DNA of 15,163 nucleotides. Source: a virus. Taxonomy: Duplodnaviria; Heunggongvirae; Uroviricota; Caudoviricetes. The position numbers were made by a program, and so were the translations under genes. Positions 7,925-15,163 of the stretch are shown one piece after another (position 1 is the first letter of the stretch; the number at the start of each line of letters is the position of its first letter). The stretch spans positions 1-15,163 of the IMG/VR virus record IMGVR_UViG_3300015156_000025. The stretch is one strand, 5' to 3'. The notes below the pieces were generated by a model. It saw only the letters and a list, made by a program, of their open reading frames with translations, did no database searches and was not told the origin of the DNA.

Positions 7925-9061
7925 TTACCCCCTGAAGCCTGGCGGGATCGCACTGTCCGGCAACGAGACGGTGTTAACCTGTCGGAGCAACGTCTCAGGC
8001 CGAACACCTTTCGGCGCGAACAGGCCCTGGTATTCATTGGCGATGCTGTGTCGAATCACCTGCTCAGGTGTAAAACCCTGCTGACGGAATTTTTCCAGTT
8101 CCCGTATCGCCCCGTTAGCGCCCTGCTCCGTTCGAATCGGTTTTCGCAATGCCTGTCTGAACCGGACCCACTCATGCCAGAGTGTTTCCGGCAACCAGTC
8201 GGGCAGATCAACAGACAACGGGTCAAATTTTTTCTGGCGAACAGCCCCACCGATAACCAGAATTCCCTGCTCGGTGTGCCTTGCGATATCACTGCGCCGC
8301 AAGACACATATCCCGGTTTCAACAGCACCGATTTTGAGCAGTGATTTCTGTCGCGGAGAATTTCGGTCAAGCTCGATCCCACACCGAACACCGTTCCTGT
8401 CAGTCACGACGATATCAATCCGCCCTCCGCAGCCGTCACCACGCTCTGGCACCGGATACTCACGACAGACATCCAGGCCAGCAGCCTGCAACGCAACCAC
8501 CGCAGAATTACAAAATTCCGCTGCAGTACCGCCAGATAATCTCCCCTCAAGCACTCCAGCCACAAAATCCCGGAACTCCCTTCCGGAAGGGAAGGGTTTG
8601 GGATGGGTTAGATCAGTATTTAGATCTTCCTCTTCCTCTTCCTCTTCCTCTGGTAACGCTTTTTGATCCGTTTGTGTAACGCCGACAGCGTTACCTTTTC
8701 GTTTCAGTTCACGTATTTTTGTAACTCGCTCGTTTGTAACCGCCCGTTTTTTAGAGCTTTTTCCGTTATGGCGTTCAAAGTTAGGTAGAGAAAGCCCAAC
8801 GTCATTTTCGACCAGCCATCCAACCTGAATTAACGCATCAGCAAAACCAGCCATAAAAGTGATGCGATCTATTGCACTTTTTGTAACGCCGCGAGTGTTA
8901 CAATCTGCATTACCGTCTATCATTTGTTGATCCGCCCATGCCCAGAAGCGAATAACCTTCCCTAATGCGGCATCTGGATCAATATTCAGAATCTCAGCAA
9001 GCCTGAATATTTCCGGCTTATCCGGCGTAATAACCTCTAGCTTTATCCAGTTTGAAGCCAT
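7925..9061 (-). CDS. ydaU: Phage replication initiation protein, YdaU/DUF1376-like, with poly-Glu linker and extra central domain
   Basis: 378-aa ORF immediately upstream of the DnaC-like gene; AGGTGA 6 nt before the ATG. N-terminal part (MASNWIKLEVITPDKPEIFRLAEILN...) reads as the phage replication-protein N-terminal fold by recollection. Confidence 0.7.
   Translation of the reverse strand: MASNWIKLEVITPDKPEIFRLAEILNIDPDAALGKVIRFWAWADQQMIDGNADCNTRGVTKSAIDRITFMAGFADALIQVGWLVENDVGLSLPNFERHNGKSSKKRAVTNERVTKIRELKRKGNAVGVTQTDQKALPEEEEEEEEDLNTDLTHPKPFPSGREFRDFVAGVLEGRLSGGTAAEFCNSAVVALQAAGLDVCREYPVPERGDGCGGRIDIVVTDRNGVRCGIELDRNSPRQKSLLKIGAVETGICVLRRSDIARHTEQGILVIGGAVRQKKFDPLSVDLPDWLPETLWHEWVRFRQALRKPIRTEQGANGAIRELEKFRQQGFTPEQVIRHSIANEYQGLFAPKGVRPETLLRQVNTVSLPDSAIPPGFRG
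8625..8650 (-). repeat. Hexanucleotide repeat (TCTTCC)x4 encoding an E8 tract in the ydaU-like protein
   Basis: tcttcctcttcctcttcctcttcctc on the plus strand; translates as PEEEEEEEED on the minus strand. Confidence 0.9.
8676..8694. repeat. Iteron-like inverted repeat GTAACGC-n5-GCGTTAC inside the ydaU-like gene
   Basis: gtaacgc cgaca gcgttac; related half-sites at 8653..8660 (gtaacgct), 8721..8729 and 8737..8745 in a T-rich stretch. Confidence 0.45.
8882..8902. repeat. Iteron-like inverted repeat TGTAAC-n9-GTTACA inside the ydaU-like gene
   Basis: tgtaac gccgcgagt gttaca; shares the TGTAACGC core with the sites at 8676 and 9074. Confidence 0.4.
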
Positions 9062-9073
9062 TTGTTTTCACCT

Positions 9074-9094
9074 TGTAACGCTCGCAGCGTTACA
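9074..9094. promoter_or_regulatory. Perfect 9-bp-arm palindrome TGTAACGCT-cgc-AGCGTTACA between the ydaT-like and ydaU-like genes
   Basis: tgtaacgctcgcagcgttaca, just upstream of the ydaU-like ribosome-binding site; same core as the intragenic repeats. Confidence 0.5.
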
Positions 9095-9138
9095 TTTAAC
9101 TGATACCGAACAAAACAATCCGGCACGATTAATTTCAA

Positions 9139-9564
9139 TCAATGCACTACAACAGAATCGTCGGACGCTCCACCACCGCTGAAATGTGCTTTCCGGTAAA
9201 CGGCCTGGACTGCATCATCATGCGCATCAATTGCCGTACTCAACGCTTCCTGCGCCGCCAGTAATGCACGGCGTTCCAGGGTATCGAAGATGCAGAGTCG
9301 ATGACGCAGCGCGCGCGGAAGAATTGCCAGAACCGCAGGGATCAGTTTCTGAATTTTTTCCCTTTGCGCTTTCGTTTCACCTTTCAACCAACGGTGATAG
9401 ATATTCTGCTGATTGTTCCAGTCCTTGCCTGGTACCAGAGGCAATTCACCGCCCCCCCCCTGGCGCAGATATTCTTCAGTAATTGCGTTAGCGACCCACA
9501 CCTGCCCTTTTTCGGCTGCCAGGGCTAACAGCACTGATTCGATGTGCTCATGCCTGATTTTCAT
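9139..9564 (-). CDS. ydaT: YdaT-like protein (Rac prophage ydaT family)
   Basis: 141-aa ORF directly downstream of, and overlapping by 17 nt, the Cro-like gene; AGGAG 7 nt before the ATG. Size and position match Rac ydaT as I recall it. Confidence 0.7.
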   Translation of the reverse strand: MKIRHEHIESVLLALAAEKGQVWVANAITEEYLRQGGGGELPLVPGKDWNNQQNIYHRWLKGETKAQREKIQKLIPAVLAILPRALRHRLCIFDTLERRALLAAQEALSTAIDAHDDAVQAVYRKAHFSGGGASDDSVVVH

Positions 9565-9823
9565 GAATCAACTCCTGTGCATTTTGTGTGTTAGCCTTAC
9601 ATCCAACAGGTAAACCGTCGGTTGGATTAGGGTAAATGTCTGGTCGAAGCTCATGGGGTGTAACCTCGAAATTCGTTACTTCAGCAACACGTAATGCTTT
9701 TTCAGGGCTGAATCTTTCATAGCCCCCCAGCACTCGACTTACATGCACCTGAGATAAACCCGTTAGCTTCCCAAACTGTAGCTGGGTGATGTGTTTCTCT
9801 TTTAAATAGTCTCTTAAGTTCAT
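9548..9823 (-). CDS. ydaS: Cro/YdaS-like HTH regulator
   Basis: HTH segment ITQLQFGKLTGLSQVHVSRVL; transcribed divergently from the repressor gene. ATG at 9821..9823 with AGAAGG upstream; the supplied 9829 start is a TTG. Confidence 0.75.
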   Translation of the reverse strand: MNLRDYLKEKHITQLQFGKLTGLSQVHVSRVLGGYERFSPEKALRVAEVTNFEVTPHELRPDIYPNPTDGLPVGCKANTQNAQELIHENQA

Positions 9824-9855
9824 AGCCAACCTTCTACGTTATGCCTCGAACAAAT

Positions 9856-9870
9856 ATTAGCTCTGCTAAT
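9856..9870. promoter_or_regulatory. Operator-like palindrome ATTAGC-tct-GCTAAT in the divergent repressor/Cro intergenic region
   Basis: Perfect 6-bp arms; a second small palindrome ATAG-ccaga-CTAT is at 9882..9894. Confidence 0.45.
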
Positions 9871-9930
9871 TTTAAAGATCAATAGCCAGACTATCTTTGA
9901 TAATATTGGTAAAACAAATAAACTCTATGT

Positions 9931-10392
9931 ATGAAAAAAACACGCGAAGTGATTGCAACTCCAGAAGCGAGCAAGAATTTAAAAGCCGCATGGAATGCAA
10001 GAAAAAAAGAGCTGAAGCTGACTCAAGAGCTGGCGGCAGAGTTGTTGGGATTCGAATCTCAAGGCACCGTTAGCCAGTATCTGAACGGCAAGATACCGGT
10101 AAATACCGACGCTGCGCTAAAATTTGCGGCTCTGTTAAAGGTAAAACCAGAGGACATTCGAGAAGACCTTAAAGACTTAATGAATTATGTAAGATCATCA
10201 GATACTTATGATGATAGCTTTTCAGGCAAAGGATGGAGGCTGATCAATGAAGAACAGGCAGAGTTACTTAACCTCTTCGAGATTCTACCTGCGTCAGAAA
10301 AAGCCAAACTCCTTAACCAGCTACGTGGACTAAACAAGCTCTACGAGGAAGCCTTCGAGAACATGCTGGCACTAAAGAAACGTAACCAGTAG
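9931..10392 (+). CDS. racR: Prophage repressor, RacR-like XRE-family HTH protein
   Basis: HTH segment LTQELAAELLGFESQGTVSQYLNG; 153 aa; divergent from the Cro-like gene. No Shine-Dalgarno sequence before the ATG. Confidence 0.8.
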   Translation: MKKTREVIATPEASKNLKAAWNARKKELKLTQELAAELLGFESQGTVSQYLNGKIPVNTDAALKFAALLKVKPEDIREDLKDLMNYVRSSDTYDDSFSGKGWRLINEEQAELLNLFEILPASEKAKLLNQLRGLNKLYEEAFENMLALKKRNQ

Positions 10393-10418
10393 CCACTGCT
10401 CACTACCCCATCCACAAC

Positions 10419-10449
10419 AAAAAAACCGACGTCTTAGTCGGTTTTTTTG
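10419..10449 (+). terminator. Rho-independent terminator after the repressor gene
   Basis: A-run, stem CCGAC, loop gtctta, stem GTCGG, then TTTTTTT. Confidence 0.8.
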
Positions 10450-10545
10450 TGCCATAACTTCCGCAAATCAGCTGTATAACCAATATTTTTCCCTTGAAAA
10501 AACATTAACATAGTTACTAAATCAAAAATATCATACGGCTTACTG

Positions 10546-10574
10546 TTGACTTAAAATATCCGCGTTACTAATAT
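10546..10574 (+). promoter_or_regulatory. Sigma70-like promoter TTGACT-17-TAATAT upstream of the ydaF-like ORF
   Basis: -35 TTGACT (10546..10551), 17-bp spacer, -10 TAATAT (10569..10574). Confidence 0.55.
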
Positions 10575-10645
10575 TTATATCAAGAATAGCACGGCGCTGT
10601 AGGTTTTAGTTCCGCCACCCGGCGTTAAGGGGAAATGAGGTCAAC

Positions 10646-10798
10646 ATGGATACTATCGATCTTGGCAATAACGAATCCCTGGTGTGCGGCGTGTTCCCCA
10701 ACCAAGATGGAACGTTCACCGCCATGACTTATACCAAAAGCAAGACATTCAAAACTGAAACGGGCGCACGTCGCTGGCTTGCCAGAAATACTTGCTAA
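10646..10798 (+). CDS. ydaF: Small protein, Rac YdaF-like (50 aa)
   Basis: MDTIDLGNNESLVCGVFPNQDGTFTAMTYTKSKTFKTETGARRWLARNTC; GAGG 6 nt before the ATG. Size and position next to the repressor match Rac ydaF as I recall it. Confidence 0.6.
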   Translation: MDTIDLGNNESLVCGVFPNQDGTFTAMTYTKSKTFKTETGARRWLARNTC

Positions 10799-10996
10799 TC
10801 CATTATTTGGATTAATTCAATATTCTCGCTGTAGGTGTATAGCCGAGGCCACCAAAGCCCGGAGGTGGTGAAATAAAACCGGGCGCAACACGAAGGCGCA
10901 TTTCCGATATCCATAAAGAGTCGGTTTTGTCTGTTAAATTTAAATGGTGGGAGTGCGCCTCCGGTTGTAAATAACGACATTGCTGTGTGTAGTCTT

Positions 10997-11044
10997 GGCG
11001 GCATCAGTTTTTTCTTGAAGTTCGGCTGATGTCCGCCCCTTTTT
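10997..11044 (+). terminator. Terminator-like long hairpin followed by a T-run
   Basis: GGCGGCATCAG (10997..11007) pairs with CTGATGtCCGCC (11026..11037) with one bulge, followed by CCTTTTT. Confidence 0.4.
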
Positions 11045-11209
11045 AAAGTGAATTTTGTGATGCGGTGAATGCGGCTAAGCGCACGCGGAACAGTTAAAAC
11101 CATCAGTGTTATGGGTGGATTATCCGGCGTTAATTGTTAACTGGTTAACGTCACCTGGAGGCACCAGGCACCGCATCAACAAAGTTCATTTGTAAAAATG
11201 GAGATAATT

Positions 11210-11431
11210 ATGATTGCACATCACTTCGGAACTGATGAAATACCACGTCAGTGTGTGACTCCTGGTGATTATGTTCTTCATAACGGCCGGACATATATTG
11301 CCTCGGCAAACAATATTAAAAAGCGAAAACTTTATATTCGTAACCTGACCACAAAAACATGCATTACTGACTGCATGATTAAAGTCTTCCTCGGTCGTGA
11401 TGGTTTACCTGTAAAGGCGGAGTCATGGTAA
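11210..11431 (+). CDS. kilR: KilR-like FtsZ inhibitor (Rac kil), 73 aa
   Basis: [49 protein letters not shown]...; GGAG 6 nt before the ATG at 11210. Size and position match K-12 KilR as I recall it. Confidence 0.8.
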   Translation: MIAHHFGTDEIPRQCVTPGDYVLHNGRTYIASANNIKKRKLYIRNLTTKTCITDCMIKVFLGRDGLPVKAESW

Positions 11432-11601
11432 TGACTAAGAAAATAAAATGTGCTTATCACCTTTGCAATAAAGAAATTGAAGAAAGCAAAATCATTACAA
11501 GACCACTTCATTTCATGCGTGGAGTTATACCAACGACGGAAATGAAAAAATATTGTAGTGAAAGTTGTGCCGAAAAAGACCAGATGGCACACGAACTTTA
11601 A
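11431..11601 (+). CDS. ydaE: YdaE-like small Cys-rich (zinc-binding) protein, 56 aa
   Basis: Hand translation: [56 protein letters not shown]. Start overlaps the kilR stop (TAATG). Not in the supplied ORF track. Confidence 0.7.
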   Translation: MTKKIKCAYHLCNKEIEESKIITRPLHFMRGVIPTTEMKKYCSESCAEKDQMAHEL

Positions 11602-11675
11602 TTAACTGACTATCCGAAACTGAATTTATGCCAGCAATGGCAGGGATTCGCTCAACCTTAATTAAGGAGAAAAAC

Positions 11676-11951
11676 ATGATTACCAGTTATGAAGCCACTG
11701 TTGTTACTACTGATGACATTGTTCACGAAGTCAGCCTGGAAGGAAAGCGTATTGGCTACGTGATTAAAACAGAAAATAAAGAAACCCCTTTCACTGTGGT
11801 TGATATCGACGGTCCATCAGGCAACGTTAAAACACTTAACGAAGGCGTCAAAAAAATGTGCCTGGTGCATATCGGAAAGAATCTGCCCGCAGAAAAAAAA
11901 GCCGAATTTCTGGCAACTCTGATTGCAATGAAATCAAAGGGTGAAATCTGA
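11676..11951 (+). CDS. racC: RacC-like protein, 91 aa
   Basis: ATG at 11676 preceded by AAGGAG; MITSYEATVVTTDDIVHEVSLEGKRIGYVIK... Lies directly upstream of recE as in Rac. Confidence 0.75.
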   Translation: MITSYEATVVTTDDIVHEVSLEGKRIGYVIKTENKETPFTVVDIDGPSGNVKTLNEGVKKMCLVHIGKNLPAEKKAEFLATLIAMKSKGEI

Positions 11952-11962
11952 AAAAAAAGAAA

Positions 11963-11981
11963 GCCTGCACACTGTGCAGGC
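11963..11981. other. Perfect 8-bp stem-loop between racC and recE
   Basis: GCCTGCAC act GTGCAGGC, preceded by an A-run on the plus strand, so the T-run is on the minus strand. Confidence 0.45.
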
Positions 11982-12051
11982 CTGAGTGAAGAACCTGGGA
12001 CATTTATTCATCACTCGCAGTAATTTTAATCTGAGTTGAGGTTAAAAAACA

Positions 12052-15000
12052 ATGAGCACAAAACCACTCTTCCTTTTACGGAAAGCGAAAAAATCATCCG
12101 GTGAACCTGACGTCGTCCTGTGGGCAAGCGACGATTTTGAATCAACCTGTGCCACTCTGGACTACCTGATCGTTAAGTCAGGTAAAAAACTGAGCAACTA
12201 TTTTAAAGCTGTTGCCACAAATTTTCCTGTCGTTAATGAACTTCCCCCTGAAGGTGAGATCGATTTTACCTGGTGTGAACGCTATCAACTCAGCAAAGAC
12301 TCCATGACCTGGGAACTAAAACCGGGAGCAGCGCCAGACGACGTTCACCATCAGGAGGATGCACAGGAAACCGAAGAACCGACGGGAGGCCAGGAAGAAA
12401 ACGCGCAGGCAGACGCCCACGAGGATTGCCAGGATTGCGAAGTCTCTGTAGCCACTTTGCGGTTCACACAGCGTCTTCTGCACATTTTTACGTATGCAGC
12501 CGGGGATCGAAAATACCTGCATCATGCCACCCGTGAACAACGCAAACACATTACTGCTCTTGAGATGGATCAGGAAAACAGCTATGTCCAGAATCTGCTG
12601 TTGGCCATACGCAGCATGGCAGAACCGACAACTCTGGATAATGCCGCCCTGCTCCGCCTGACTGATGCAATTAAGGCAGTGTTCTCTATCACGAAAAAAC
12701 ATCAGCCCTATGAATTTAAGAATTTCATTTCAGCCTGGCTGGATACCGAACACATTGATCGCGGTCTTCTGACAAAAGAATGGCGAAAAGGGAATCGTGT
12801 TTCACGCATCACTCGCACGGCTTCCGGTGCTAATGCTGGCGGCGGGAACCTCACCGATCGCGGCGAAGGTTTCGTCCACGATCTGACGTCACTGGCGCGC
12901 GATGTAGCCACTGGCGTACTGGCCCGTTCAATGGACGTGGACATCTATAACCTTCATCCGGCACACGCTAAACGCATTGAGGAAATTATCGCTGAAAATA
13001 AACCGCCCTTTTCTGTTTTCCGCGACAAATTCATCACCATGCCTGGCGGGCTGGATTATTCCCGCGCCATCGTGGTTGCGTCCGTGAAAGAAGCACCAAT
13101 AGGGATCGAGGTCATCCCCGCACACGTCACTGAATATCTGAACAAAGTACTGACTGAAACCGATCATGCCAACCCTGATCCGGAAATCGTGGATATTGCC
13201 TGCGGTCGTTCCTCTGCCCCGATGCCGCAGCGTGTAACAGAAGAAGAAAAACAGGATGATGAAGAAAAACTGCAACCATCTTGCGCAATGGCAGATGAAC
13301 AGGCAACGGCTGAAACAGTGGAACCGGATGCAACTGAACATCATCAGGACACGCAGCCGCTGGATGCTCAGTCACAGGTAAATTCTGTTGATGCGAAATA
13401 TCAGGAACTGCGGGCAGAACTCCATGAAGCCCGGAAAAACATTCCATCAAAAAATCCTGTCGATGCCGATAAATTACTTGCTGCATCACGTGGTGAATTT
13501 GTTGACGGAATTAGCGACCCGAACGATCCGAAATGGGTTAAGGGGATCCAGACTCGCGATTCTGTGTACCAGAACCAGCCAGAAACGGGAAAAACCAGCC
13601 CGGATGTGAAACAACCTGAGCCAGTAGTGCAACAGGAACCGGAAATAGTCTGCAATGCCTGCGGTCAGACTGGCGGAGATAACTGCCCTGACTGTGGGGC
13701 GGTGATGGGCGACGCAACATACCAGGAAACATTCGATGAAGAGAATCAGGTTGAAGCTAAGGAAAAAGATCCGGTGGAAATGGAAGGCGCTGAACATCCG
13801 CACAATGAGAATGCTGGCAGCGATCCGCATCGTGATTGCAGTGATGAAACTGGTGAAGCGTCAGCTCCTGTAGCAACTGAAATCATGTGGCCGTCATATT
13901 TCGAGCCTGGCCGCTATGAAAACCTCCCGAACGAGGTTTATCACTCCGCCAACGGAATAAGCAGCACGATGCTGAAGGATGCCCGTATCAGCCTGATGTA
14001 TTACCACGGACGGCACATTGCCGGAACTATTCCGAACGAGGAAAGTGATGCACTGCTGCGTGGGCGGATCATTCACAGCTATGTTCTGGAAACGGATAAA
14101 TTCGCTGATGAATATGCCATTCCGGTACCGGTTCCTGAATATGTGGTTACTACTTCTAGCGAACTGATCGCCATCATTAAAAAACACAATGCCAGTCTGC
14201 CAGCACTGATGACACCAGAGCAGATGAAAGAGTGGATCGAAAGCTACAACAGCACTCTTATACAGCCACTGTCTGTAAGTGCCGGGGCCGAAGAAACAGG
14301 CATCCTTTACGGTTCGCTTCCGGTGGAGTTTCGGCGTATTCCTGAGGGGGAAAAACACACAGCATCAGCAATGAAAGCCTGTATTAAAGAATACAACGCA
14401 AGCCTCCCTCCTCTGTTGAAAACCAGTGGAGCACGGGAGCAGCTTCTGGATCAAATTGAAACTGTAGACCCAGAACTGGCAAAAAAAGAACGTGCTAAAT
14501 CTTTGCCTTACAACATCAGTGGCACAAAAGAGCAATTAACCGAAATCGCACGGAAAATTCGCCCGGAACTGGTGACACTGGAGGACTGGCAAAAACGCCA
14601 GCAAGAAGAAAATGCCGGGAAAACGTTTATCAGTCCGGATATGTATGAACAGGCAAAAAATATTCACGCGGCACTGCAAAACAATACCGATGCAGCAAGG
14701 CTACTCAACCACCCGGATCGCAAATCTGAAATCAGCTATTTCGGGTTTGATGAAGAAACCGGGCTGGAAATCAGGGTCCGTCCTGATATCGAAATCCGGC
14801 TGCCATACGAAAGCATTTGCGCTGACGTGAAGTCAGTCAGCCTCGGTTATGTGCGACAGGAACGACTTAAAGATCGCCTGCACCGTGAAATTATTGAGCG
14901 TGATTATCACCTCAGCGCCGCAATGTATTGCGATGTGGCAAACCTGGACAAATTTTTCTGGATCTTCGTCAACAAAGATGCTGGCTATCACTGGGTGGTA

Positions 15001-15144
15001 GTCGTGGAAGCCTCGCAGGAACTCCTGGAACTTGGTCGACAGGAATATCGCCGGACGCTACGCCAGATAAACGAAGCCATGGAGACAAACAACTGGCCAG
15101 CACCGATTACCGAAAGTTATACAGATCGGAAGAGCGTCGTGTAG
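12052..15144 (+). CDS. recE: RecE-family exonuclease VIII, mosaic long variant (1030 aa)
   Basis: N-terminus [26 protein letters not shown] and the central region ([40 protein letters not shown]... through the CxxC...CxxC zinc-ribbon-like motif) match K-12 RecE as I recall it. The C-terminal nuclease region is divergent and longer. Confidence 0.9.
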   Translation: MSTKPLFLLRKAKKSSGEPDVVLWASDDFESTCATLDYLIVKSGKKLSNYFKAVATNFPVVNELPPEGEIDFTWCERYQLSKDSMTWELKPGAAPDDVHHQEDAQETEEPTGGQEENAQADAHEDCQDCEVSVATLRFTQRLLHIFTYAAGDRKYLHHATREQRKHITALEMDQENSYVQNLLLAIRSMAEPTTLDNAALLRLTDAIKAVFSITKKHQPYEFKNFISAWLDTEHIDRGLLTKEWRKGNRVSRITRTASGANAGGGNLTDRGEGFVHDLTSLARDVATGVLARSMDVDIYNLHPAHAKRIEEIIAENKPPFSVFRDKFITMPGGLDYSRAIVVASVKEAPIGIEVIPAHVTEYLNKVLTETDHANPDPEIVDIACGRSSAPMPQRVTEEEKQDDEEKLQPSCAMADEQATAETVEPDATEHHQDTQPLDAQSQVNSVDAKYQELRAELHEARKNIPSKNPVDADKLLAASRGEFVDGISDPNDPKWVKGIQTRDSVYQNQPETGKTSPDVKQPEPVVQQEPEIVCNACGQTGGDNCPDCGAVMGDATYQETFDEENQVEAKEKDPVEMEGAEHPHNENAGSDPHRDCSDETGEASAPVATEIMWPSYFEPGRYENLPNEVYHSANGISSTMLKDARISLMYYHGRHIAGTIPNEESDALLRGRIIHSYVLETDKFADEYAIPVPVPEYVVTTSSELIAIIKKHNASLPALMTPEQMKEWIESYNSTLIQPLSVSAGAEETGILYGSLPVEFRRIPEGEKHTASAMKACIKEYNASLPPLLKTSGAREQLLDQIETVDPELAKKERAKSLPYNISGTKEQLTEIARKIRPELVTLEDWQKRQQEENAGKTFISPDMYEQAKNIHAALQNNTDAARLLNHPDRKSEISYFGFDEETGLEIRVRPDIEIRLPYESICADVKSVSLGYVRQERLKDRLHREIIERDYHLSAAMYCDVANLDKFFWIFVNKDAGYHWVVVVEASQELLELGRQEYRRTLRQINEAMETNNWPAPITESYTDRKSVV

Positions 15145-15163
15145 GGAAAGAGTGTAGATCTCG

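Noticed and set aside
6202-9613. Plus-strand ORFs opposite the replication and regulatory genes (for example 7814..8344, 8274..8679, 9186..9482)
   Set aside because: All lie antisense to minus-strand genes with family-level support; several are proline/serine-rich frames typical of antisense reading.
10795-11103. 102-aa minus-strand ORF as a possible truncated sieB
   Set aside because: Not hydrophobic as a membrane exclusion protein would be, and it overlaps the terminator-like hairpin; left as unresolved.
11150-11172. Sigma54-type promoter suggested by GGCACC...GC
   Set aside because: The GG-to-GC spacing is off by one from the TGGCAC-N5-TTGC consensus in every register tried.
12316-14358. 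Minus-strand ORFs inside recE (for example 12928..13344, 13894..14358)
   Set aside because: Antisense to a long ORF with strong family support.

Overview
This window reads as a segment of a mosaic lambdoid prophage of the E. coli Rac/Qin type. All identifications rest on reading the supplied translations and sequence by eye against remembered protein families; no searches or computations were run. From right to left on the minus strand: a Cro-like YdaS and YdaT pair, a YdaU-like replication protein, a DnaC-like YdaV, two winged-helix proteins, then a hokD-like toxin, a nin-like block (small acidic protein, DUF1367-like, YbcO-like), a Q-family antiterminator, a terminator and a tRNA-Thr-like gene. 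On the plus strand right of the immunity region: RacR-like repressor, ydaF-like, kilR, ydaE, racC and a long mosaic RecE. The main finding is a visibly AT-rich island (about 2.6-5.9 kb) between the replication/regulatory genes and hokD. It carries a translationally coupled pair, a divergent YejK/NdpA-family nucleoid-associated-protein homologue and a large protein with a C-terminal membrane anchor, convergent with a second Q-family paralogue. I do not recognise this pairing as a described system and propose it as a candidate prophage-encoded defence or abortive-infection module. Other points: iteron-like inverted repeats in and upstream of the ydaU-like gene, a poly-Glu hexanucleotide repeat, and no relBE or sieB where K-12 has them.
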